From Candidatus Hydrogenedentota bacterium (GTDB lineage Bacteria > Hydrogenedentota > Hydrogenedentia > Hydrogenedentales > JAEUWI01): a stretch of DNA of 64,000 bases. The position numbers and the translations under genes were made by a program. A model generated the notes under the pieces. That model made no database searches. It was not told the origin of the DNA and worked only from the letters and a program-made list of their open reading frames with translations. Every line of letters starts with the position of its first letter. The first letter of the stretch is position 1. Location of the stretch: positions 1 through 64,000 of the forward strand of contig JAXMOL010000036.1 of assembly GCA_034669905.1 (NCBI GenBank), written 5' to 3'. This document shows positions 1 to 10,060 of this stretch, one piece after another.

Positions 1-105
1 CTCGTTTCTGTGGGTGGGGCTGCGTATCCTTGCGAATGCGGCGGGGCTGAACATACCCATCGACATGGGGCGCGGCAGTCCCTACAAAAACTCAGCGGCC
101 GGACG
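1..105. repeat. Structured direct repeat, copy 1 (may extend beyond the window's 5' edge)
   Basis: 98/105 nt identical to 274-378 by manual alignment. Confidence 0.85.
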
Positions 106-273
106 GAAGACACCAGGGACAGGCTCGCCCCCACGACAACGGGTTCGGCTGAACTCTTGGGATTCAATGCGTATTGCGAATGTTCACCCTAATCGTTTCG
201 GGCGTGAATGTCCCGTCGTTTGCGAGATAGACTCCAAGTCATCTTCACCAATGACAGGACAGCCACCGCCGTC

Positions 274-378
274 CTCGTTTCTGTGGGTGGGGCAGCGTAT
301 CCTTGCGAATACAGCGGGGCTAAACATACCCATCGACATGGGGCGCGGCTGTCCCTACAAAAACTCGGCGGCCCGACG
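274..378. repeat. Structured direct repeat, copy 2
   Basis: 98/105 nt identical to 1-105, offset 273 bp. Confidence 0.85.
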
Positions 379-403
379 CCCCATAGATAGCCATCTCGCG
401 GGT

Positions 404-432
404 TTGCAAAAGTCCCCCTCTCCCGCTAGACT
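404..432 (+). promoter_or_regulatory. Putative sigma70 promoter for the first operon
   Basis: TTGCAA (404-409) - 17 bp - TAGACT (427-432), upstream of GGAGG and ATG 509. Confidence 0.4.
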
Positions 433-508
433 GATTTTCATTGGGCGCGATTCCGGGCGCGTTATCCCGGGACTACACCAGCGTTCTACCCGGAGGTTGT
501 CCTGTATC

Positions 509-3500
509 ATGTCGTCCGTACCGTCTGTCCTGTCTCTTCCCTGCGTCCGCGCGCTGACTTGTTTGGGCCTCCTGCTCTTCGGAATCCCCCACGCCCTGGG
601 ACAGGGCTATCCGCCCGAAGAGGCGGCGTCCAGGATGACACCCGCCGAAGGCCTGGAAGTCCAACTCGTGGCCAGCGAGCCCGCCGTGCGCCAGCCGGTG
701 GCTATCGAGTTTGATGACCGGGGTCGACTCTGGGTCGTCCAGTACATCCAATATCCCAATCCCGAAGACCTGCAGCGGGTGGCCGTCGATCGCTACTCAC
801 GAACGAAATACGACCGCCTTCCAATGCCCCCGCCCCATGGCCCGAAGGGTGCCGACAAACTCACCATCCTCATCGATGAGGATAAGGACGGCTACGCAGA
901 GACCTCTAAGGACTTTGTGACGGGACTCAACCTCGCGTCGGGTCTGGCCTTTGGCTATGACGGGGTCTTCGTGCTCCAGACCCCCTACCTGCTCTACTAC
1001 GCGGACAAAGACCACGACGACGTGCCCGATGGGGACCCCGAGGTCTGCCTCACGGGCTTTGGCATGGAAGACGCCCACTCGGTGGCAAACTCCCTCATGT
1101 GGGGTCCCGATGGCTGGCTCTATGGCCTTCAGGGGAGCACGGTGACCGCCAACATCCGGGGCATCGAGTTTCAGCAGGGCGTCTGGCGCTATCACCCCCG
1201 CACCAAGGCCTTTGAGCTCTTCTCCGAAGGCGGCGGCAACATGTGGGGCCTCGACTATGACCGCGATGGCCAACTGCTCGCCTGCACCAACTATGGTCCC
1301 TACATCATGATCCACGCCATGCAGGGGGCCTACTACTGGAAGAGCTTCGGGAAGCATGGGGATCTGCACAACCCCTATACCTACGGCTATTTTGAGCATG
1401 TAACCCACCACGAGGCGAAGGGCGGTCACGTGGCGACGGGTGGCCAGTTGTATCAGGGTGGCGCCCTGCCGGCGCAATACGACGGCGCCTTCATTCACGC
1501 CAATCTCCTTTCTCATCTGGTGCAATGGAGCACCGTGGAACGCACCGGCTCGACGTTCGAAAGCACCCTTCAGGGCACCCTGGCTGACAGCAACGACACC
1601 TGGTTCGCGCCCAGTGATATGACGACCGGACCCGACGGCGCCATCTATGTCTGTGATTGGCACGATGCGCGGATGGCCCACCCCGACCCCGATGCCACGT
1701 GGGACCGCAGCAATGGGCGCATCTATCGTATCGCGCCCCCCTCCCATCCGGTAGAGCCAGCCTTCGACCTTCGCACAAAGAGCAATGCGGAGCTGGTGGA
1801 CCTCATGGGCCATAAGAATGCCTGGTTCGCCCGACGCGCCCGGGTCCTCCTCGCCTCGCGGGAAACCGCGGACGTGCAAGAAACCCTTGCCCACAACATC
1901 GCCCAAACCGATAATCGCACCCTCGCTATGGAAAGTCTCTGGACGCAATTTGCCAGCGGCAACTATCCCCCGGAATCCCTCACGACATTGCTGCGCCACG
2001 AAGACCCCATGTTCCGCTTCTGGGGGGTGCGCCTCCTCGGTGATCAGGGCGAGGTGTCCGGCGAAAGCGTCAGCGCACTGGCCGAACTCGCCAAGCGGGA
2101 AAGCGACGTACGGGTCCAGGCCCAGCTTGCGGCCACCGCAAAACGACTGGCACCGGAGCAGACTGTTCAGCTGGTGGATGCGCTTCTCCGCAACGCGAGC
2201 GATGACACCGACACCTTTCTCCCCCTCCTGATCTGGTGGGCCATTGAACCCAACAGTGAACGTGCCGCGGCTGGCGAGGGCCCGCTCCTCCACGCCGACA
2301 CCCCGCTCGTCCGGGAAGCATTGCGCCCCCGGCTCTTGCGTCGTCTCGTCGCGCAGGGCGATACGGCATGGGATGACGCCGGAGCGCGGATTCTTGCGGG
2401 TGCCTACGAGACGGCCCATCTGGATGCCCTCCTCGAACACCTGAATCTTGGCCTGGATGACCGCGCAGGACGGCAGGGCAGCACCATGAAGGGCGCGCTC
2501 TATGACACCTACTCGGAGGCGGGCAGCGATCAACCGACCGACGCGGTGCGGGAAGTCCCCCTCTCCCCGGCATTGCGCCAACGGATTATCTCCCTCTGGG
2601 ATATCGCCCCGGACAACGCGGTGCGTCTCGCGTTGGCCACCCGCCTCGAACATGCCCCGGCCCTTTCCCTCGCGAAGTTAACCATCGCCAATGCCAAGGC
2701 AAACGATGCGCTCCGCATGGCCCTCATTGGACCCTATTCCAAGGCGGTGGGTGAAGAGACCGTCCCCGACCTTTTGGACCTGGCCATTGGAGAGGAAAGC
2801 GATAGCTTGCGCCAGGCCGCCCTCAGCGCCTTGCGGCGATTCGACGACCCGAGTATCGGCACCACACTGGCCCGCCACTACCCCGACCTGCCACCATCGC
2901 TTCTGGTCAATACCCGCCAGTTGCTGTTCAGCCGCGCCCCCTGGACCCGCGCCTTACTGGAGCTGGTGGAAGCAGGTACTATCGCGGCCGATGCCATTCC
3001 CGTGTTCGAGCTGCGTCGTGTTGCCCAACATGAGGACGAAGGGCTCAATGCCCTGGTCCAGCGACACTGGGGCAACGTGGGCGGCGGCACCCCCGAGGCC
3101 CTCCTCGCGGAGATGCGGCGGCTCAACAACGACCTCCGTGCCAAACCCGGCGACCCCGATGCCGGGGCACTATTGTTTACGGCCAACTGCGCCCAATGCC
3201 ATCAGCTTTTCGGCGAAGGACACGCGGTCGCACCCGACCTGACACAGAGCAATCGCATGGACACCGACTATCTGCTCGTAAGCCTGGTCAATCCCAATCT
3301 GGTGGTACGCAAAGAGTACGTGCAGTATGCGGTCGAGACGAAGGATGGCGGGTTCTATAACGGTATCGTTACCGCGCGGAGTCCCGGCAGTGTAACCCTC
3401 TTGAATGCCAACGAAGAGAAAACTACCATCGCGACCAGCGACATTGCCGAGATTCGGGAAGCGGGGCTCTCCCTGATGCCCGAAGGCCTGCTGGCGCCCC

Positions 3501-3559
3501 TGACCCCCGATGAGTTGCGCAATCTTTTCGCCTATTTGCAGTTGAAGGAAGCCCCGTGA
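509..3559 (+). CDS. PVC-type heme-binding CxxCH protein (glucose/sorbosone-dehydrogenase-like propeller, HEAT-like repeats, C-terminal cytochrome c)
   Basis: Start moved to ATG 509 (GGAGG at 492-496; the upstream part of the ORF runs through the repeat). Signal peptide; FDDRGRLWV and WGPDGWLY propeller motifs; CAQCH heme site; SLMPEGL...ELRNLFAYL ending. Confidence 0.85.
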   Translation: MSSVPSVLSLPCVRALTCLGLLLFGIPHALGQGYPPEEAASRMTPAEGLEVQLVASEPAVRQPVAIEFDDRGRLWVVQYIQYPNPEDLQRVAVDRYSRTKYDRLPMPPPHGPKGADKLTILIDEDKDGYAETSKDFVTGLNLASGLAFGYDGVFVLQTPYLLYYADKDHDDVPDGDPEVCLTGFGMEDAHSVANSLMWGPDGWLYGLQGSTVTANIRGIEFQQGVWRYHPRTKAFELFSEGGGNMWGLDYDRDGQLLACTNYGPYIMIHAMQGAYYWKSFGKHGDLHNPYTYGYFEHVTHHEAKGGHVATGGQLYQGGALPAQYDGAFIHANLLSHLVQWSTVERTGSTFESTLQGTLADSNDTWFAPSDMTTGPDGAIYVCDWHDARMAHPDPDATWDRSNGRIYRIAPPSHPVEPAFDLRTKSNAELVDLMGHKNAWFARRARVLLASRETADVQETLAHNIAQTDNRTLAMESLWTQFASGNYPPESLTTLLRHEDPMFRFWGVRLLGDQGEVSGESVSALAELAKRESDVRVQAQLAATAKRLAPEQTVQLVDALLRNASDDTDTFLPLLIWWAIEPNSERAAAGEGPLLHADTPLVREALRPRLLRRLVAQGDTAWDDAGARILAGAYETAHLDALLEHLNLGLDDRAGRQGSTMKGALYDTYSEAGSDQPTDAVREVPLSPALRQRIISLWDIAPDNAVRLALATRLEHAPALSLAKLTIANAKANDALRMALIGPYSKAVGEETVPDLLDLAIGEESDSLRQAALSALRRFDDPSIGTTLARHYPDLPPSLLVNTRQLLFSRAPWTRALLELVEAGTIAADAIPVFELRRVAQHEDEGLNALVQRHWGNVGGGTPEALLAEMRRLNNDLRAKPGDPDAGALLFTANCAQCHQLFGEGHAVAPDLTQSNRMDTDYLLVSLVNPNLVVRKEYVQYAVETKDGGFYNGIVTARSPGSVTLLNANEEKTTIATSDIAEIREAGLSLMPEGLLAPLTPDELRNLFAYLQLKEAP

Positions 3560-5319
3560 ATCGAGTGCTCGCGATACTCTTAGTGGCCGCGCTACTGTTC
3601 CAGGTTTCCGAATCTGCGCTGGCGGCACTCTCGGATTCCCATCCCCGTCTCTACTTCACGGAGTCGGAACAGACGGCACTGCGGGCGCTTCGGGAGGACG
3701 GCGTGCACGCCCGTATCTGGGCAAACATCACCGAATCGGCAGACTGGTGTCTGACGAAGACGCCGCGTACGGACTGGATTGCACCCATCGCCGACGACCC
3801 GGTCTATGAAAACCTCTACGACCGCTTTTACGCCATGATGATGGATATGGCCATCACAGAGCACCTCGCCTTTGCCTACGCGCTGAGCGGCGACGAACGC
3901 TACGGTGAAGCGACCAAGGCGTGGGCCCTCGCGTGCTGCCGGGCGTGGCGTCCCGATGCCGCAGCAACGCCAGACGGGGGCAAGGCCTATGCCGTCTCCC
4001 GGCTCCTCAAAGGCATCGCGGTGGCCTACGACATGGCCTATGACCAGTTCTCGGAGACGGAGCGGGCAGAAATAGTGGCCATGCTTTCAGAGACGGCGGG
4101 CAATTACTATAGCGACTATTTCAACACGCCCGAGAAGATGGGGTCCGCATTCCACACCCACCATGCAGTGGTCGAGTTTTCCTCCCTGGGTGTCGTGGCC
4201 CTGGCCCTGTTGGATGAGGTTCCGGAGGCCGCCGATTGGCTCGCCCTGACTACGAAAAAGTTTGAGGAGCACCTGCTGCCCACGGGACTTGCCCAGGATG
4301 GCGCTCAGGTGGAAGGCGCGACCTTCTGGGCCTCCACCATGCACTACCGCCTGTTCTTCATGGATGCCTTGCGCCGCGTGACCGGGAAAGACCTCTACGA
4401 ACCCTTCAGCGCACGTATGAAATCCGACCTCGCGCTGGCCTCCGTGGCCACCCGGAAACAACCCGGTTGGAACGAGCCCAATCAGTCCGTCCTCTTCTCG
4501 CCGCCCTACGGCCAACTCGACTACTACGCCCCCGTCTTACTCGCCCTTGCCCGTGAATACCGCAACCGTACCGCCCAGACCCTGGCCCTGTGGGACCGGT
4601 CCCTCGGCCAGATTCAGAAGACCCGTTACATCACGCCAACCCGCAAGGAGCAATTGCTTTTCGAGCTCGGTGGCTACGCCTATGTCTGGTACGACGCCAC
4701 CGTGGCACCCGAACCCGACGACGCCCCCCTCTCCTATCACTTCCCCGCTGTGGGTGAGGCCTATGCCCGCGCGGACTGGGAGCCCGACGGACTACTGGTC
4801 GCCCTGAAAAATACCGGGGAGTTACTGATCCATGCCGGGGGGAACCTGGTATTTCAAGGGAGTAATCCGGGGTCGGCGGACGGCGAAGAAAAACTCGATA
4901 TTGCCCTGGCAAACACCGGCTCCACGTCCGTTTTCACCGGTGCCAATACCGAATCCACCCTTATCGAAGCACGACTCGAGCGGCCCGGCCGGGTGCACGG
5001 GCGCCTTTCGGTGTCCTCAGATTCCTGGTCGTTTCTCAGCCACGACATTCCAGCCGTAGCCGATAACATGCTCACGTGGAACTCCGGGGTCACGCTTCGC
5101 CTGTTGAAAGGTGCGGTCCTACGCGTGGAGCCCACGGGCTATCGACCGCCCCATGTCGTGGGCATGGGAAAACTGTTTTTGGTCGACCCCCAACCTATCG
5201 AGTATCCTGTCATTCATGTTACGCCCGATTCTGGCGTCGTGGCGTTTGAACTAATGCTGCCCGTCACCCGTATGACTCCCGGGCAAACAGAAAACATCGC
5301 AGGAGAACAGCGCCCATGA
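3556..5319 (+). CDS. Secreted DUF4962/heparinase II-III/alginate-lyase-like protein
   Basis: Signal peptide; HPRLYFT; LAFAYALSGDERY; AVAYDMAY; DGAQVEGATFW; 4-bp overlap with the upstream gene. Confidence 0.65.
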   Translation: MNRVLAILLVAALLFQVSESALAALSDSHPRLYFTESEQTALRALREDGVHARIWANITESADWCLTKTPRTDWIAPIADDPVYENLYDRFYAMMMDMAITEHLAFAYALSGDERYGEATKAWALACCRAWRPDAAATPDGGKAYAVSRLLKGIAVAYDMAYDQFSETERAEIVAMLSETAGNYYSDYFNTPEKMGSAFHTHHAVVEFSSLGVVALALLDEVPEAADWLALTTKKFEEHLLPTGLAQDGAQVEGATFWASTMHYRLFFMDALRRVTGKDLYEPFSARMKSDLALASVATRKQPGWNEPNQSVLFSPPYGQLDYYAPVLLALAREYRNRTAQTLALWDRSLGQIQKTRYITPTRKEQLLFELGGYAYVWYDATVAPEPDDAPLSYHFPAVGEAYARADWEPDGLLVALKNTGELLIHAGGNLVFQGSNPGSADGEEKLDIALANTGSTSVFTGANTESTLIEARLERPGRVHGRLSVSSDSWSFLSHDIPAVADNMLTWNSGVTLRLLKGAVLRVEPTGYRPPHVVGMGKLFLVDPQPIEYPVIHVTPDSGVVAFELMLPVTRMTPGQTENIAGEQRP

Positions 5320-6404
5320 AACGCCTTAAGCATCTTTTCTTGCTCGTGGCAGTGACGACATCGCTCTGCACGCACGCCGAACTCCGAAATGTCGACGTCG
5401 GCAATGGGCAAACGGCATCCACCTACAACAACACGCTGACAACGCTGGAGAACCCGCCCCCGCTGCTGGCGGACTACCCCCAATACTTCCAGCCCGTGGA
5501 AGAAGAAACCCGCTATGAGGCCTCGGCCCTGGTGCGCGACAAGGACGCGGACCTCGACGTTCGGGCGTGGCGCTTTTCCTACAATGCCCGGGGCATCATC
5601 GAGATGCCCAACCATCTCCGTGCGTCGGAAACGGCCATCATCGTGGTCCACCCCTGGGCCATCGACGACAACCAGGGCTGGCGTTCCCCCGAACCCGCGG
5701 GCGTGGCCGACTTTTGCACGCCCACCAAAAACCATATTTCCCACCTCCACATCAAGGAAGTACTCAATCCCTTCCTGAAACGGATGCGGGAGCACGTCGG
5801 CATGGTGGTCTACAGCCAACGGGACAAAGAGCGCCCGCCGCTGGACAAGATCTACCGGACCATTCGCAAGAACCCCTCCGCCGAAGAGCGCGCAGAAGGT
5901 AAAAAGGAACTCGCGAAAATCCTGAACAGCTTCGACTACCATGCAAACAACATTCCCGAGCACTTGACGCTGAACGACGAAAACACCGTCGCGGACTACT
6001 TCCATAAGTTTCCCGGGCTCGACTCGGGTGACCACTACAACGGCAAGGGATTCTGGGAGCTGCCGGTGCCCGTAGTCGACACCATCGAGGTGGCGCACAA
6101 CGACGTGGTTCATTACGATGCCGACGGCTACGAACCCATCCGCGACTTCCTTAAGGAACACGGTATCCGCCACGTATTGATGACGGGCTATGCCACGGAT
6201 ATGTGCTACATCAGCACCACCTGCGGCTACAATAATTTTTCAAAAGACTTCAATGTCTTCCTCGTAGGCGATGCGACGATGGCCACCTTTCCTGCCAACA
6301 GCAGCCCGGCCTATGCCACGAATGCGGCGATTTCCTTTGCCTCGTTAAATCACCTGATCACCCAGGTTTCGTGGGTAAAATTGGCGGGCGAAGCGGACGA
6401 ATAA
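5316..6404 (+). CDS. Secreted isochorismatase/cysteine-hydrolase-like protein
   Basis: Signal peptide; GIRHVLMTGYATDMC...LVGDAT motif. Confidence 0.6.
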   Translation: MKRLKHLFLLVAVTTSLCTHAELRNVDVGNGQTASTYNNTLTTLENPPPLLADYPQYFQPVEEETRYEASALVRDKDADLDVRAWRFSYNARGIIEMPNHLRASETAIIVVHPWAIDDNQGWRSPEPAGVADFCTPTKNHISHLHIKEVLNPFLKRMREHVGMVVYSQRDKERPPLDKIYRTIRKNPSAEERAEGKKELAKILNSFDYHANNIPEHLTLNDENTVADYFHKFPGLDSGDHYNGKGFWELPVPVVDTIEVAHNDVVHYDADGYEPIRDFLKEHGIRHVLMTGYATDMCYISTTCGYNNFSKDFNVFLVGDATMATFPANSSPAYATNAAISFASLNHLITQVSWVKLAGEADE

Positions 6405-6429
6405 AGAGCCATTGTGCACCAGAACAATT

Positions 6430-6501
6430 ATGGGACGTATGAGTCCAATGGGTCGTATGAAATCGGTTTCCCATGAGTCTCATAGCTCCCATATGACCCA
6501 T
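6430..6501. repeat. Inverted array of degenerate 9-bp repeats (REP-like hairpin)
   Basis: atgggacgt-atgagtcca-atgggtcgt-atgaaat followed by inverted cccatgagt-ctcatagct-cccatatga-cccat. Confidence 0.55.
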
Positions 6502-6546
6502 CAAATAAGATACAACCCAACACGCTAACAGTCCGGAGAAACCACC

Positions 6547-7455
6547 ATGGATCGCCGAAGCTTCTTGACACTGACCGGGGCCGCCACCGGCACCGCCCTG
6601 TCCGCAACGCCCTCTCACGCAGCGGCCCAGGCAGGCCCCTGGAAAGACGGTAAGAAATGGGTCTACTCCATCACCTATGATGAAGGGTGTGAAGACCTGC
6701 TGAAACATGCTGTGCCCATTCATCGTGAGTTTGGTATTCCGGGCCACGTCGCCTTTGTTTCCGCCCAGCTGGGGATTCCCCGCAATGTGCCGGGGAGCAG
6801 CTATCACGACCTCATGACCCTGAGCCCGGACCAGATGAAAGGGCTCATGAAGGAGGGCTGGGGCGCTTCGTGTCACTCCATGACCCACGTGGGCGTCACC
6901 GCCGAGAACGCCGAAGTGGAAGTGGTGGAAGCGGGTAAGGTCCTGGCCGATAAACTGGGCGTTGACATCCCAATTTTTACCGTACCCGGCAGTAATCATG
7001 GCCACCCTCCGGCAATCGCCGCCGCGGACGCGGGTGGCTACAAGGCCATCTTCACCATCTATGACAAGGTGAATACCTTTGACACGGACCTGTTATGGCT
7101 CGGACGTACGCCCCTCCACACCGAATACCCCGGCCCCTTTTATTCCCAGTTCGACCCGTGGAAGCGTCTCCAGCAGGCCCAGTCTACCGCGGGGTGGGTC
7201 GTCGACTATTGTCACCTCCCCCTTCCTGACACCCCCGTGCACCCGGCCAAGGATTGCACCTCCCAGGAGTTGCGCGCGCGCTTTGAAGCCGTCAAGCAGT
7301 TTGGGGGCGACGATGTCTGGTTGGCCGAGCCGAATGAGGTTATCGACTTCCTTCTCAATGACCCAGCGGCCCGGCAGCGGCGCACTGCCCATGCGGAAGG
7401 TCTGAACACCCTGCACGATACGTCCATGCGCGCCCTCTACGAGCCCAACACGTAA
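6547..7455 (+). CDS. Tat-exported polysaccharide deacetylase (CE4/NodB-like)
   Basis: MDRRSFL Tat signal; SITYDEG; HSMTH metal motif. Confidence 0.8.
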   Translation: MDRRSFLTLTGAATGTALSATPSHAAAQAGPWKDGKKWVYSITYDEGCEDLLKHAVPIHREFGIPGHVAFVSAQLGIPRNVPGSSYHDLMTLSPDQMKGLMKEGWGASCHSMTHVGVTAENAEVEVVEAGKVLADKLGVDIPIFTVPGSNHGHPPAIAAADAGGYKAIFTIYDKVNTFDTDLLWLGRTPLHTEYPGPFYSQFDPWKRLQQAQSTAGWVVDYCHLPLPDTPVHPAKDCTSQELRARFEAVKQFGGDDVWLAEPNEVIDFLLNDPAARQRRTAHAEGLNTLHDTSMRALYEPNT

Positions 7456-7480
7456 CCCACTGGATTGGATCTGACCCACA

Positions 7481-8896
7481 ATGACCCTGGGATTCTTCCT
7501 CCTGCTACTGGCACTCCACTGGGGCCTCGCGGCCTTTTTGATTGCACGCCTGCTCCGCTACCGATTCGAGCCCAGTGCCATGCTGGTCTGGCTTCTGCTC
7601 ATCCTCTTTGTGCCCTTTCTGGGCGCGCTCCTCTATGCCCGGCTGGGCGAGAATCAGGTGCTCATTCGCGCACAACGAAAACGGGGACGCAGTTGCCTTC
7701 CAGACTTCAGCGAGGACGACTACACGGTAGATACGGCCACGCTTGGTTCCTTTTGTACGGCCGCAGCGGTCGGGGTAAAGTTGACCGGCGCTCGGGTAAC
7801 GAGCGGAAACAGGGTCGAAATTATAGCGCGTTCCGAATCCATTCATGACGCCTGGAAAGACGCCATCTCCCGTGCCACAACCAGCATTCACATGGAATAC
7901 TACATCTGGTGGCCGGACGAAACCGGCACAGAAATGCGTGACCTGCTCATCGCCCGGGCGCAAGAGGGCGTTCGCTGTCGGGTACTTATCGATGCGGTGG
8001 GCTCCATCCACATTAACAGTGCCTTTCTGCAACCCTTCCAAGACGCAGGCATCGCGGTCGCCTTCTTTCTTCCGCTGGCCACCTGGAAACGTCGCTGGAG
8101 TCCCCACTTGCGCAACCATCGTAAGATCATGGTGATCGATGGCACGGTGGGTTTTGTCGGGAGTCAGAACGTCAGCGACGATGACCGGGGTAAGAATCCC
8201 GCATTTCCCATCTGGCACAATGTCCACCTCAAACTTACCGGGCCGGCTGTCCATCATCTTCAAGCCATATTCCTGGATGACTGGAACTTCGCCGCGGAGG
8301 AACCGATCAGGGAAGCCCCCTCTGCGCCCCCTCAAATGGCGGACGCCGGGCACGCCGTCCAGATTTTAGCGACGGGGCCCGACTGCAAGGCCCATGTGCC
8401 CGAACGCATGCTGCTGGAGGCCTTTAACAACGCCAAGGATACGATCGATGTGGCCACGCCGTATTTCGTTCCGTCTCCCGTGTTGCGCATGGGCCTGCTC
8501 CAGGCAGCCCTCCGTGGGGTGCGGGTCCGCATCGTGGTACCGGCCAAGACGGATCAGATGGTCGCCCTCTACGCGGGCCGCAGCTTTTATCAGGAGCTAC
8601 TCAGTGAATCGGTGGAGATCTATGAATACCACGAGGGCATGTTGCACTCGAAGATCATCGCCGTCGATGGGGCATGGGCCATGGTGGGGTCGGTCAATAT
8701 GGACTACCGTAGCCTTCGATTGAATTTTGAAATCTCCGCCCTGCTCTACGACCCCGAGCCCGTGCAGGAACTAATCCAGGCCGTCGACTCCTACCGCAGC
8801 GACTCGGTCGCTATCACTCCGGAGGCGCTGGCTGAGAAGTCGGGTCGGCAGATTGTGCTGGAAGGTGCCGCCCGGGTGCTCTCTCCCCAGTTGTGA
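7481..8896 (+). CDS. cls: Cardiolipin synthase
   Basis: Two N-terminal TM helices; two PLD motifs (NHRKIMVID, LHSKIIAVD); SLRLNFE. Confidence 0.88.
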   Translation: MTLGFFLLLLALHWGLAAFLIARLLRYRFEPSAMLVWLLLILFVPFLGALLYARLGENQVLIRAQRKRGRSCLPDFSEDDYTVDTATLGSFCTAAAVGVKLTGARVTSGNRVEIIARSESIHDAWKDAISRATTSIHMEYYIWWPDETGTEMRDLLIARAQEGVRCRVLIDAVGSIHINSAFLQPFQDAGIAVAFFLPLATWKRRWSPHLRNHRKIMVIDGTVGFVGSQNVSDDDRGKNPAFPIWHNVHLKLTGPAVHHLQAIFLDDWNFAAEEPIREAPSAPPQMADAGHAVQILATGPDCKAHVPERMLLEAFNNAKDTIDVATPYFVPSPVLRMGLLQAALRGVRVRIVVPAKTDQMVALYAGRSFYQELLSESVEIYEYHEGMLHSKIIAVDGAWAMVGSVNMDYRSLRLNFEISALLYDPEPVQELIQAVDSYRSDSVAITPEALAEKSGRQIVLEGAARVLSPQL

Positions 8897-8943
8897 GACG
8901 GATACCGGGGCGATTGCCTCCGGCCCCGCACAACCGGTTGTCC

Positions 8944-9579
8944 CTACTCCGACGTAATATTGAAGTGCTTCTGGAGACAGTCGGGACAGATGCCGTGGGT
9001 AAACCGGGTTCCCACATACTCGGAAAAGTAGTTTTCGACCTGTTGCCAATAGCCGTCGTCTTTTCGGATGCTCTTGCAGTGTGCACAAATTGGCAGGAGT
9101 CCACTGAGGCGTTTTACCTCTTCCAGGGCTATCCGCAGTTCCTCGATAACCCGGTCTTTTTCCTGCTGTTCCCGCGCGACATTGCGCCGCAGCTCGAAAC
9201 GTTCGTGGGCGGAGTGCACGGCCTGTGCCAGGGTGTCCCTGTCTACGAGCCGCTTGGGCAGGTAGTCTGTGGCCCCGCCACTGAGTGCCTGCGCCGCGAT
9301 AGTTTCGCTCCCCTGCCCCGTCAGCATGATCGTAAAAAAAGTATATCCATCCTCACCACTGGGAAGCTCGTCGAAAAAGGTGACCCCTTCCCCATCCGGC
9401 AAAAAGTTGTCTAACAATACGCCGTCGAAGGTCGACTCCCGACATGCGGCGATGCCCTCCGCCAGGGTGCCCGCTTCCGTGAAACGAAATTCGTAGATGG
9501 TACTCTCTCTCAAAAACCGCTGGTAAGAACTCCGATCTTCGGGACTATCTTCGATTATCAAGATGGAAAGAGGTATCAC
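8944..9579 (-). CDS. Response regulator with C-terminal Cys-rich (CxxC...CxxC) domain
   Basis: Receiver motifs IIEDS, LLDNFLPDG, DYLPK; coiled coil; GLLPICAHCKSIR...THGICPDC. Confidence 0.88.
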   Translation of the reverse strand: MIPLSILIIEDSPEDRSSYQRFLRESTIYEFRFTEAGTLAEGIAACRESTFDGVLLDNFLPDGEGVTFFDELPSGEDGYTFFTIMLTGQGSETIAAQALSGGATDYLPKRLVDRDTLAQAVHSAHERFELRRNVAREQQEKDRVIEELRIALEEVKRLSGLLPICAHCKSIRKDDGYWQQVENYFSEYVGTRFTHGICPDCLQKHFNITSE

Positions 9580-9588
9580 CAGACGTTC

Positions 9589-10047
9589 TCAAGGTTCAGA
9601 GGCATCATCGGGCAACAACGCGGTATCAAACCAAAAATCCGACAACCGCTTCAGCGCCAGCACCAGCCCCTTCAGGTCGATAGGCTTCTGAATGTAACTA
9701 TTGGCCCCATCGCTATAGCACTTGGCGATGTCATCCTCGGCATCCGACGTGGTCAGTACCACGACTGGAATGGTACGCAAAATCTCGTCGGCCTTAATGG
9801 TCCGCAGCACCTCACGGCCATCCATACCCGGCAAATTCAGGTCGAGCAACAGCAGCGCAGGACGCGGAGAACTGGCCGGATCCTGAAATCGTCCTTTGCG
9901 GAAGAGATACTCGAGCGCTTCGTCACCATCCTCACAATGAATGAGGGGATTGGTAATTCCGGCTTTACTGAAAGCACGAATCAATGCCTCGTAGTCTTCT
10001 GGAGAATCCTCTACCGTCATAATGATACGGTCTTCATGCACCGCCAT
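9589..10047 (-). CDS. Single-domain response regulator (Rcp1/RcpA-like)
   Basis: VEDSPED, LLLDLNLP, VVVLTTS, GANSYIQKP, DFWF tail. Confidence 0.9.
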   Translation of the reverse strand: MAVHEDRIIMTVEDSPEDYEALIRAFSKAGITNPLIHCEDGDEALEYLFRKGRFQDPASSPRPALLLLDLNLPGMDGREVLRTIKADEILRTIPVVVLTTSDAEDDIAKCYSDGANSYIQKPIDLKGLVLALKRLSDFWFDTALLPDDASEP

Positions 10048-10060
10048 AGAATATTCAGCC

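Noticed and set aside
1..378. CRISPR array, TPP riboswitch or hammerhead ribozyme
   Set aside because: Repeat and spacer are too long and no cas genes are present; CTGAACATACCC only partly resembles TPP and the 3' half is missing; no CUGANGA/GAAA core
14..508. 165-aa N-terminal extension of the 1181-aa ORF
   Set aside because: It translates the DNA repeat; the RBS, promoter and signal peptide all point to ATG 509
797..2653. Long antisense ORFs (also 27729-29309, 30623-32209, 39527-41452, 46596-48041 and others)
   Set aside because: Shadow ORFs opposite well-supported genes in GC-rich DNA, with no recognisable motifs
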